Source: an uncultured Gammaproteobacteria bacterium (GTDB lineage: Bacteria; Pseudomonadota; Gammaproteobacteria; JACCXJ01). From it: 64,000 nucleotides of DNA. How positions within the stretch are numbered: position 1 is the first letter of the stretch; each line of letters begins with the position of its first letter. The translations under genes were made by a program, and so were the position numbers. Below the pieces are notes generated by a model. It was not told where the DNA came from. It was given only the letters and a program-made list of their open reading frames with translations, and ran no database searches. Positions 20,007 to 28,777 of this stretch are shown here, piece after piece. Where the stretch lies: NCBI GenBank assembly GCA_963764725.1, contig CAVXTM010000001.1:96001-160000 (forward strand). Direction: 5' to 3'.

Positions 20007-20711
20007 TCAGCCGACAAGTAATGTCTTGATCTGAGCACAACCATCTGGTTGAGGGAACTTGAAGGATATCAGCGTCCCCCTTGGCCGCCCGCTCAGCCAT
20101 TCCTCTGGAGGTTGATCTGTCCGCCACCAGACCATTCCTTGCAAGCCCCCAGACATCAACACGGCTGGCACCACTGTGGGACCGGACCCCCAAGCATGGA
20201 GCCGCAAATTAACGTATGTGAGGAGCGGGTACCGTGCTCCGGAGAATGCACCCTCTGCACTCAACACGTGGTTCTCAGGGATTCCGATCGAAACATGGGG
20301 CTTGTTCGGCTTAGTCGTAGTGTCGGCATAGTATCGAGCCGCGTCGCTGAACAGTATAAAGCGAAGAAACGTCGGAGTATCGGGGGTAAGCGGGACCTCG
20401 CTAGACACACGATGGACGTAGCGCTCTGCCGCCTTCACAGTCTTGAGATGAAACCCATCCGAATGGTAGCTGATGTGATCCAAGGGTAGATCGACGGGAT
20501 TGGCTTCGTGCCAGTGGTAGTCGAGGGCCGCTAAGTCCACTTCCCGGAGAGAGCGTTCGGGCCATTCGAGTCGCAAGAAGGGCAGCCCCTTTGCCAGTCC
20601 AGAGACGCCGAGCATCATCTCGTCCTGGTTTATGTGGTGCGCCCAAAGCAGGCGGCGAAATGTGTTAGGGCTTGTCCTGAGGTAAAGCCTCACTGGTCTG
20701 GATCTGGCCAT
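20007..20711 (-). CDS. Hypothetical protein (islet cargo)
   Basis: 234-aa ATG-started ORF with globular composition and His cluster DHISYHSDGFH; no family recognised. Confidence 0.7.
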   Translation of the reverse strand: MARSRPVRLYLRTSPNTFRRLLWAHHINQDEMMLGVSGLAKGLPFLRLEWPERSLREVDLAALDYHWHEANPVDLPLDHISYHSDGFHLKTVKAAERYVHRVSSEVPLTPDTPTFLRFILFSDAARYYADTTTKPNKPHVSIGIPENHVLSAEGAFSGARYPLLTYVNLRLHAWGSGPTVVPAVLMSGGLQGMVWWRTDQPPEEWLSGRPRGTLISFKFPQPDGCAQIKTLLVG

Positions 20712-20817
20712 AGAGTTTTTTCAAGGTCTTGCAGACGCCTGCCCCCGCTTCCTGCAACAACAGAGGTATCCGTCGGTGACCAATCTTAGTCCCCCGGGAC
20801 GGCTTTTCGCTCAAGCC

Positions 20818-22200
20818 CTACTTTCGGATCCCGCCCTGGGTCAGTTGCGCGGGATCTAATAAACGAGCGAGGTCCTCTTCAGAGAGGTCCGTCAGCTCGC
20901 GTGCCACCTCGCGCACTGCGCGGCCTTCCTTGTACGCCCGTTTGGCAATCTGAGCACCCTTTTCGTAGCCGATAACCGCGTTCAAGGCCGTGACCAAGAT
21001 CGGGTTGCGTTCGAGCGCCTGGTTCAACCGGCCGTGGTTGACCGAGAAACCCCGAATCGCCTTATCCGCGAGGAGGCGCGCGCTCGCCGCCAGCAACTCG
21101 ATGCTTTGGCAAAGGTTATAAGCGATGACCGGCAGCATGACGTTGAGTTGAAAATTACCGGACTGGCCCGCGACCGTGATGGTGACGTCATTGCCAATCA
21201 CTTGGGCGCACACCATGCACATCGCCTCGGGGATCACGGGATTGACCTTGCCTGGCATGATGCTGCTGCCCGGTTGCAGATCGGGCAGGGCGATCTCCGC
21301 CAAACCGGCGAGCGGCCCGCTGTTCATCCAGCGCAGATCGTTGGCGATTTTCATGAGGCTCACGGCGACAGTCTTCAACTGTCCGCTCATCTCGACCGCG
21401 GCATCCTGCGAGCTCAAGCCTTCGAAGAAATTGTCCTTGCTGACGAACGGCACGCCCGTTTGCGCCGCCAGGATCGCCGCGACGCGCGCGCCGAATTCCG
21501 GGTGGGCGTTAATGCCCGTGCCGACCGCCGAGCCCCCGAGCGGCAAGGCCCGCAAGCGCGTGAGCGCGGCGCCGAGCCTGTCTCTACCCAAACGAATTTG
21601 CGCCGCCCAGCCGCCCAGCTCCTGAGTGAGCGTCACTGGCATCGCATCCATGAGATGGGTGCGGCCGGTCTTGACGACGCTTTGCAACTCCTCGGCGCGC
21701 CGGGTAATCGCGGCTTCGAGATGCGCCAGGGCCGGCAGCAATCCCTCGGTGACTAGCAAGCTGCCCGCAACATGGATCGCAGTCGGGATCACGTCGTTAC
21801 TGCTCTGGCCCATGTTTACGTGATCGTTGGCATGCACGGGCGCGCCGAGCCGGCTGCCGGTCAAGCGGGCGATGACCTCGTTGGCATTCATGTTGGAGCT
21901 GGTGCCGGAGCCGGTTTGGAAAATATCGACGGGAAACTGCGCATCGTGCTCCCCGTCAGCCACTTCCAGCGCAGCGTTGCGAATGGCTTCCGCCATGCTC
22001 CCGTCCAGTAATCCGAGCGCGAGATTCGCTTGGGCCGAGGCCGCTTTGATGAGTCCGAGCGCCCGGATGATCGCACGCGGCATGGTCAAACCGCTGATCG
22101 GGAAGTTGTCCACCGCCCGCTGCGTCTGTGCCCCATAGAGGGCCGAGGTCGGAACGCGGACCTCGCCCATGCTGTCTTTTTCGATGCGATAATCGCTCAT
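20818..22200 (-). CDS. fumC: Class II fumarate hydratase
   Basis: RIEKDSMG, QTGSGTSSNMN, GRTHLMDA, GSSIMPGKVNP. Confidence 0.97.
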   Translation of the reverse strand: MSDYRIEKDSMGEVRVPTSALYGAQTQRAVDNFPISGLTMPRAIIRALGLIKAASAQANLALGLLDGSMAEAIRNAALEVADGEHDAQFPVDIFQTGSGTSSNMNANEVIARLTGSRLGAPVHANDHVNMGQSSNDVIPTAIHVAGSLLVTEGLLPALAHLEAAITRRAEELQSVVKTGRTHLMDAMPVTLTQELGGWAAQIRLGRDRLGAALTRLRALPLGGSAVGTGINAHPEFGARVAAILAAQTGVPFVSKDNFFEGLSSQDAAVEMSGQLKTVAVSLMKIANDLRWMNSGPLAGLAEIALPDLQPGSSIMPGKVNPVIPEAMCMVCAQVIGNDVTITVAGQSGNFQLNVMLPVIAYNLCQSIELLAASARLLADKAIRGFSVNHGRLNQALERNPILVTALNAVIGYEKGAQIAKRAYKEGRAVREVARELTDLSEEDLARLLDPAQLTQGGIRK

Positions 22201-22245
22201 GGCTTTCACGATCGTCACACGCTCGTCATAAAAGTACGCGTAAGA

Positions 22246-22662
22246 TTAGCTTTGCTCCCAAGGTAAGCCCCGTTGCCGCCAACCATTGATCCTGCCCCGG
22301 TGCTTGTGCGCATCGAGATCGCCCTCGAATCCCTCCGCAACATTGTAGAGCCGCTTAAACCCGTGCTCCGCCAGCGCCTCGGCGGCGGCTCGCGAGCGCT
22401 TGCCGCTGCGGCAAATCGTCATCACCGTAACATCTTCCACCGGCGCGCGGTGTCGTAACGCCTGGCGAATGCGCTCGGCGAAGTCCGGCAATACGCGCCA
22501 CTCGGGTGCCTCCATCCAAGGCACGTGGAGCGCGCCCGCGGGATGGCCGACGTACTGATATTCCATGGTCGTTCGGACATCGACGATGACCGCGTTGGGA
22601 TCCTCGCGCTGTAGCTCGAAGGCCTCATCGGGGCGAATGTCTTTAATCTCGATCTCTGGCAT
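22246..22662 (-). CDS. Rhodanese-like domain protein
   Basis: IVDVRT..EY..VGHP, ICRSGKRS, NVAEGFEG, GWRQRGLPWEQS. Confidence 0.9.
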   Translation of the reverse strand: MPEIEIKDIRPDEAFELQREDPNAVIVDVRTTMEYQYVGHPAGALHVPWMEAPEWRVLPDFAERIRQALRHRAPVEDVTVMTICRSGKRSRAAAEALAEHGFKRLYNVAEGFEGDLDAHKHRGRINGWRQRGLPWEQS

Positions 22663-22934
22663 GATGCGGGCCTCAAGTGGAATACAGCATCTATCGCGCG
22701 CGGCGCTGGTAAAGCCGCCGCGCCCGTGCAGTATATCGCGAAGCCAGGGCGGGGACATCACGGCGGGGTTATCAGAGTCGAGATATTTCGCCCGCGGGGC
22801 AAGTGCCCTGCAAGCGATCAGAGGGGAGCGTTGCACGCCTCCCCTTTGGAAACCCCATGGCTAGAGTGCCGGCCGCACGCGCGGCGTTAGTGAATTACGA
22901 TTTCTCGGGAGGCATCGATCGTGGGGAGAAGAAC

Positions 22935-24428
22935 ATGCCGTTAGCCGCGGGTCCGGTGGCGGCGGTGGACCTCGGTTCCAATAGCTTTCACATGCTGGTG
23001 GCCCAGGTCTCCAGCGGGCGCTTGCAGGTCGTCGATCGCATCAAGGAAATGGTGCGTCTCGCGGCCGGGCTTGACGATCGCAACTTTCTCGATGAGGCGG
23101 CCATGACGCGCGCCCTCGAGACCCTCAAGCGTTTCGGACAGCGCCTGCGCGACGTCCCCAAGGGCAATGTGCGCGCCGTCGGGACCAACACGCTGCGCAA
23201 GGCCCGCAATCGAAAAGAGTTCTTGGCGCGCGCGCGGCAGGCGCTCGGCCACCCGATCGATATCATCGGCGGCCGTGAGGAGGCGCGTTTGATCTACCTC
23301 GGCGTATCGCACAGCCTCGAGGACAGCGCCGAGCGGCGCTTGGTCGTCGATATCGGGGGCGGTAGCACCGAGCTCATCCTCGGCCAGCAGTTTAGACCCG
23401 ATCACATGGAGAGCCTGTACATGGGATGCGTGGAGGTGAGCCGGCGATTTTTTAAAGAGGGGTTAATTGACGACGCCAGCATGGAGAAGGCCGAGCTATT
23501 CGCGTTGCAGGAGCTCGAGCCGATCTCCTCCCCGTTTCGGCACGTCGGCTGGGAGTCCGCCATCGGGGCGTCGGGAACCGTGCTCGCGGCGCAGGAAATC
23601 ATGCGCCATCAGGGATGGACTCAAAATGGCATCACTTCGGGCGCTTTGCGTAAACTGCGCAAGGCGGTGATTGCGGCGGGCCGCATCGATAAGCTAGCGT
23701 TCGACGGGCTGCAAAGCGACCGCGCCCCGGTATTCGCGGGCGGTGTGGCGATCCTCGTCGCGATTTTCCAATCCCTGGGTGTCGAGCGCATGCAGGCGTC
23801 GAGCGGCGCCTTACGCGAAGGCCTGTTATACGAGCTTTTAGGCCGCATCGAGCAGGAGGATGTGCGCGCGGCCACCGTCGCCGAGCTCATGCGCCGCTAT
23901 CAAGTTGACGAGCCGCAAGCGGCGCGCGTGGCGACGACGGCACGGGGCTTACTTGAACAAGCACCCGGCGCTTGGGGGACCGACCGGGAGGAGCACGGTC
24001 AGCTCATAACGTGGGCGGCGCGATTGCATGAAATCGGCCTCGCCATCTCCCACAGTCAATACCACAAGCATGGGGCCTATCTCGTCAGCAACATGGACCT
24101 GCCCGGTTTCTTCCAGGGTGAGCAGGAAGTGCTTGCTGTCTTGATCCGCGGACACCGGCGTAAGCTACCGCTCGGCGAGCTTCAGAACCTTGGCGAGACG
24201 GTACGGCAACCGGCCTTATACCTGTGCGTGATATTACGGCTGGCCGTCGCGCTGCACCGGAACCGAACCGATGCGCCGCTCGCGCCGATCACGCTGGAAG
24301 GAGACACCGGAGTCGTGAAGCTCCGTTTTGCACCGGGATGGTTGGAGCTAAATCCCTTGACCCAAGCCGATTTAGCACAGGAGGCGTGGTATTTGAGTGC
24401 CGCGGAGATCAAGCTCAAGTACAAGTGA
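22935..24428 (+). CDS. ppx: Exopolyphosphatase Ppx/GppA
   Basis: AAVDLGSNSFHM, GREEARLIY, DIGGGSTE, ALREG, LHEIG. Confidence 0.93.
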   Translation: MPLAAGPVAAVDLGSNSFHMLVAQVSSGRLQVVDRIKEMVRLAAGLDDRNFLDEAAMTRALETLKRFGQRLRDVPKGNVRAVGTNTLRKARNRKEFLARARQALGHPIDIIGGREEARLIYLGVSHSLEDSAERRLVVDIGGGSTELILGQQFRPDHMESLYMGCVEVSRRFFKEGLIDDASMEKAELFALQELEPISSPFRHVGWESAIGASGTVLAAQEIMRHQGWTQNGITSGALRKLRKAVIAAGRIDKLAFDGLQSDRAPVFAGGVAILVAIFQSLGVERMQASSGALREGLLYELLGRIEQEDVRAATVAELMRRYQVDEPQAARVATTARGLLEQAPGAWGTDREEHGQLITWAARLHEIGLAISHSQYHKHGAYLVSNMDLPGFFQGEQEVLAVLIRGHRRKLPLGELQNLGETVRQPALYLCVILRLAVALHRNRTDAPLAPITLEGDTGVVKLRFAPGWLELNPLTQADLAQEAWYLSAAEIKLKYK

Positions 24429-24519
24429 ACCACAATTCAGGCTATGCGCGGATCGCGGGTCCGTAGCCGTTTAGCGGGGACAATCCTATACTTAACCAGA
24501 TTACGCATGGAGGGGCGCT

Positions 24520-25386
24520 ATGGATACGCTGCAGCGGGAAATCAACGGCACGGGCATCGGCGTTTACCCGATCGGGCTTGGGGCCATGCCCTTGTCGATT
24601 GCCGGCCGGCCCGAGGAGGCTCAAGCCTTCCAGGTGATCAAGGCTTTTGTCGAGGCGGGCGGTGACTTTATCGATACCGCAAATGTCTATTGCCTCGATG
24701 ATGCCGATATCGGTCACAACGAGCAGTTAATCGCGAAGGCATTGGAGCGCCTCGGCAAGCGAGGCGGCGTCACCGTCGCCACCAAGGGCGGCCTGCGCCG
24801 CCCCAAAGGCGAGTGGACCACCGACGGCCATCCCGTATCGCTGCGAGCCTCGTGCGAAAAGAGTCTGCGGGATCTTAACGCCGGCGCCATCACGCTTTAT
24901 CAACTCCATGCGATCGATCCCGCGGTCGATCTCGCGGAATCGCTCGCGGAGCTCATGCGACTCAAGGAAGAGGGGAAGATCCTGCATATCGGGTTGTCCA
25001 ACATTAACCCGCGCCAGTTGGAACAGGCCTTGACGATGACGCCGATCGCCTCGGTACAAAACCGCTGCAACGTTCTCGAACAGACGGATTTTAAGAACGG
25101 CATGGTGGCGCTTTGCCAAGCGAAGAGTGTCGCCTATATTCCTCATAGCCCGGTGGGAGGCCACCATCGACATGTGCGGTTACGCGATGAACCGATGCTG
25201 ACGAGGCTTGGGGAAAAATACAGCGTCTCGCCATATCAAATCGCCCTCGCTTGGTTGCTGCATAAGGGCGAGAATATTCTACCGATCCCGGGCGCCAGCA
25301 AGCCGAAGAGTATTCTCGATAGCTTGAAATCCGTGGAGGTTCGCCTGGCTACAGAGGAAATCGCCGCGTTGGATCGGCTGGATTAA
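24520..25386 (+). CDS. Aldo/keto reductase
   Basis: IGLGAM, IDTANVY, VATKGG, LYQLH, HIGLSN, PIPGAS. Confidence 0.93.
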   Translation: MDTLQREINGTGIGVYPIGLGAMPLSIAGRPEEAQAFQVIKAFVEAGGDFIDTANVYCLDDADIGHNEQLIAKALERLGKRGGVTVATKGGLRRPKGEWTTDGHPVSLRASCEKSLRDLNAGAITLYQLHAIDPAVDLAESLAELMRLKEEGKILHIGLSNINPRQLEQALTMTPIASVQNRCNVLEQTDFKNGMVALCQAKSVAYIPHSPVGGHHRHVRLRDEPMLTRLGEKYSVSPYQIALAWLLHKGENILPIPGASKPKSILDSLKSVEVRLATEEIAALDRLD

Positions 25387-25513
25387 GCGGGCAAAACGTG
25401 CGTTGAGAGTTCACCGCCTTTTCACAGAGAGCCTGAAAGGTCATTGCGACAAAGAGCCCCCGAGGAAGTGCTGCCGATAGGCGAATAACCCTTTCAAGGA
25501 CCGACTCAGGCGT

Positions 25514-26389
25514 ATGTGCTACCAAAATTTATATGATGACACGAAGGAACTTAACTCTTGGAAGGGATTAATAGACTTTTATTACGACAACGATAAATTC
25601 AAAACCAAAAGCTGGTGTTTTCGGGGGCAAGAAAACGCGAAATGGGATCTTCGGACAAGTCTGGAATGGGCGGCTCGGCGCTTAGGTAAAGAATGGAATG
25701 AGTTTCCTGTTATTGAGGAAGGACTCCTAAGACATTTCAAGCGGCAGGCCCACCACCACATTACCGATGTACCCGCCGATGACCAGTTCATTGAATGGCT
25801 CTCATTAATGCGACATCATGGAGCGCCTACACGCCTTCTTGACTGGACTTATTCTTTCTTTGTGGCTGTCTACTTTGCCATTGAGACCGTACAGCCAGAA
25901 AAGCCCTGCGCCATATGGGCAATCGATAGCGATTGGTTACGAACGAGGGCAGAAGCGGTTTTGCCGAATGAGGCCAAAGAGGAGCTTGCGCAAGATAAGT
26001 TCGCTAAAAACCCAGGCACAGTTGCGGCAATCATTAGACGACCAGAACCTATCCCTCTCGTTTTTACGTTGAATCCTTTTCGCCTAAATCAGCGGTTGGT
26101 GTTGCAGCAGGGGCGTTTTCTTGTCCCAGGGGATGTCAGGCGATCGTTTATGGAAAACATGCGAGTGATTCTTGAGGGATCGGAGTCCAAAAACCATTTT
26201 ATCAAGCTTAATATTCGCTGTACTCAGAAGTTCCTATGTGAAGCCATCAGAGGATTGCTCAGCATGAACATTAGCCGAGCAACTCTCTTCCCTGACCTGG
26301 ACGGTTTCTCAAAGAACCTTCGAAATCTTATCGCCATCCCGCGGGCAATTGATGTCCCAGGGTCATCAATTTCCAAAGTCCCGCCGTAA
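25514..26389 (+). CDS. FRG domain protein
   Basis: WCFRGQ, MRHHGAPTRLLDWT, RLVLQQGRFL, ISRATLFPDLDG; visibly AT-richer than flanks. Confidence 0.9.
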   Translation: MCYQNLYDDTKELNSWKGLIDFYYDNDKFKTKSWCFRGQENAKWDLRTSLEWAARRLGKEWNEFPVIEEGLLRHFKRQAHHHITDVPADDQFIEWLSLMRHHGAPTRLLDWTYSFFVAVYFAIETVQPEKPCAIWAIDSDWLRTRAEAVLPNEAKEELAQDKFAKNPGTVAAIIRRPEPIPLVFTLNPFRLNQRLVLQQGRFLVPGDVRRSFMENMRVILEGSESKNHFIKLNIRCTQKFLCEAIRGLLSMNISRATLFPDLDGFSKNLRNLIAIPRAIDVPGSSISKVPP

Positions 26390-26392
26390 GAT

Positions 26393-26467
26393 AGCGCAGC
26401 GAAACCCGGGAGAATGCTTCGTTTCCCGGGTTACGCCGCTGCCCGCTGCGCGGCAAACCCAGGCTAC
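26393..26467. repeat. GTAG-type REP doublet remnant
   Basis: agcgcagcgaaacccggg...cccgggttacgccgct...aacccaggctac. Confidence 0.55.
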
Positions 26468-26480
26468 AATTTCTACGATA

Positions 26481-27632
26481 CTAACCTTTCGTATCCGCGA
26501 CCACACCGAAACCCAGCGCGCGCAATAACGCTCGGAGCGCGTTCCGGTCTGAGGGCGCCAACACCTCGACCGCGCTGAACTCGCGGCGCGTGCGGTAATG
26601 CGCGCGCAGCGCGTCGAAATGCTGGCCACGCTCGGTTAGCTGCAGTCCACTAATCTCTGCTAACGCGCGGTGATCATCGCGCGCGTCATAGCAGGCGAAG
26701 ACGGCCCGGCGTAATAGATCTTCGTCTGTCTCCGCCTCATCCAAGCACACGGTACCCGGTGTGTCCGCGGCGGCGGGTGGCTGCCACTCCGTAGGCACGC
26801 CTAAAAATTCGCAGACCGATTGATACAACATCTCCGTTGCGCGGAGCTTCGCATCGTCACTGTAACCGGCGATATGCGGGGTTCCGATCGCCGCGCGTCG
26901 CAGGAGCTCGGCGTCGATGTCCGGCTCATGACACCAGCAGTCGATCACCGCGGCCATGCGGGAGCGTCGCGTCAGCAGGGTTCGCAATGCCGGTTCGTTG
27001 ACGACGCCTCCGCGGGCGGTGTTGATGAGGATCGCATCGTTGCGCATGCGAGTGAGCTCATCTAGGCCGATAAGGTTGACCGTCGGATGGGAGCCGCTCG
27101 CCGTGAGCGGTACGTGCAAGCTGACGACATGCGCGGACAGGGCGTCATCAAGGCTGCCGTACTTCGCTTCTCCCGTCAGTTCCTGAAGCGGCGGATCATT
27201 GATAATGCACTCGACCCCGAGCGCCCCAAGCAAGTCCGTAACCCGCGCGCCGACATGCCCGCAGCCGATGATCCCCGCCGTCATCCCCGTGAGTGAAACG
27301 CCGCGTTCCTGCGTCAGAACCAGGACCGCGCTTAGTACATATTCCGCGACGGCGGTGGCATTGCTTCCGGATGCAGCGGCGAAAGCGATCCCTTTGTGGC
27401 TTAGGTACTCGAGATCGATGTGATCGACGCCGCTCGTCGCCGTGCCGACGAAGCGCACCCGGCTGCCTTCGAGCAAGGCGGCATCGACCCGGGTCACGGA
27501 ACGGACCAAGAGCAGATCGGCGTCGCGCGCGATCTCCGGGGTCCAGTCACGGCCAGGAACCACGCACAAGTCCCCAAGCGCGGCGAACGCCTCGCGCACA
27601 TAGGCGATATTGGGATCGGCGATGATGCGCAT
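26481..27632 (-). CDS. pdxB: Erythronate-4-phosphate dehydrogenase
   Basis: MRIIADPNI, LVRSVTRV, FVGTATSG.DH, TPHIAGYS, FDALRAHY..RREF. Confidence 0.93.
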   Translation of the reverse strand: MRIIADPNIAYVREAFAALGDLCVVPGRDWTPEIARDADLLLVRSVTRVDAALLEGSRVRFVGTATSGVDHIDLEYLSHKGIAFAAASGSNATAVAEYVLSAVLVLTQERGVSLTGMTAGIIGCGHVGARVTDLLGALGVECIINDPPLQELTGEAKYGSLDDALSAHVVSLHVPLTASGSHPTVNLIGLDELTRMRNDAILINTARGGVVNEPALRTLLTRRSRMAAVIDCWCHEPDIDAELLRRAAIGTPHIAGYSDDAKLRATEMLYQSVCEFLGVPTEWQPPAAADTPGTVCLDEAETDEDLLRRAVFACYDARDDHRALAEISGLQLTERGQHFDALRAHYRTRREFSAVEVLAPSDRNALRALLRALGFGVVADTKG

Positions 27633-27672
27633 GCGTGCGCTCCGCCGTCGCGGGACGGGTAGGCCTTAGCGG

Positions 27673-28611
27673 TTAAGGACGCCCACCAAGCTCGGCGCCC
27701 TCCTTCTTCACCGGCAAGAGATCGGCACGGCTGACCCCGAGCACGAGCGCGACGGGGCTGGCAACATAGATCGACGATAAGGTCCCGATGACGACACCCA
27801 GGATCAGCGCCAGTGCGAAATCATCGATCACACCACCGCCCAGAAAATAGAGCGCGATCAATACGACGAGCGTGGTCGGCCCGGTGACCAAGGTCCGCGA
27901 TAAGGTTTCGTTGATCGAGCGATTCATGACCTCGATAGGGCCCTCCTTGCGGAGCTTGCGGAAGTTTTCGCGGATGCGATCGAAGACGACAATGGTATCA
28001 TTAACCGAATAGCCAGCCACCGTGAGGATGGCGGCCAGCATGGTGAGATCGAATTGCAGACCTAAGAGGCTGACAAGCCCCGTGGTGATGATGAGATCGT
28101 GCAAGGTCGCGATGACCGTTGCGACGGCAAGACGGAGCTCGAAACGAAACGCCACGTAGACCAGGATCCCGATGAGCGCGAACACCACCGCAAGCCCGCC
28201 GTCTTCCAGGAGCTCCTCTCCTACTTGAGGTCCGACGAAGTCGACCTGACGTATCTCGACGGATGCTCCGGCGGCGGTCTTCAAGGCCTCGAGGACCTTA
28301 TTGCTGAGATCGGCGGAGTTTAGGCCTGCGCGCGGGGGGATCCGCACCATCACGCCCTTCGAGGTGCCGACGTGCTGTACGACTGCACCCTCGAAACCAC
28401 CGCGCGCAAGCGCGCCGCGCACCTCGGCCAAGTCAACAGCTTTGTTGTATTCGACCTCAATGAGCGTGCCGCCGGTAAAATCGATGCCCAGGTTCAAACC
28501 GCGCACGAAGAAGGCGCCGATCGAGACGGCGAAGATAGCACCCGAAAGAGCAAAGGCGACATAGCGCTTGGACATGAAATCGATCTTTGGGGTCTTTTTA
28601 AAGAGATCCAT
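27673..28611 (-). CDS. secF: Protein translocase subunit SecF
   Basis: LGIDFTGG, VGPQVG, GYSVNDTIVVFDRIRE; synteny. Confidence 0.97.
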   Translation of the reverse strand: MDLFKKTPKIDFMSKRYVAFALSGAIFAVSIGAFFVRGLNLGIDFTGGTLIEVEYNKAVDLAEVRGALARGGFEGAVVQHVGTSKGVMVRIPPRAGLNSADLSNKVLEALKTAAGASVEIRQVDFVGPQVGEELLEDGGLAVVFALIGILVYVAFRFELRLAVATVIATLHDLIITTGLVSLLGLQFDLTMLAAILTVAGYSVNDTIVVFDRIRENFRKLRKEGPIEVMNRSINETLSRTLVTGPTTLVVLIALYFLGGGVIDDFALALILGVVIGTLSSIYVASPVALVLGVSRADLLPVKKEGAELGGRP

Positions 28612-28627
28612 CGCCTAATACCTTTAA

Positions 28628-28769
28628 GGAAGCTCTGCAAAAGTTACTGCGCAGCCCATCTGTTTGTCGCGTGCTCGCTCCTCGCTCGCCTATCTACCTG
28701 ATATGTCTCGCGACTCGCTCCGCGGCTTCGCGCATCTGGGCTTGCTCGCGATACTCTTGCAGAGCTTCC
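28628..28769. mobile_element. MITE copy 1 (inverted relative to copies 2 and 3)
   Basis: TIRs GGAAGCTCTGCAAAAG / CTCTTGCAGAGCTTCC; interior is the reverse complement of 46319-46459. Confidence 0.85.
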
Positions 28770-28777
28770 CGTGACGG

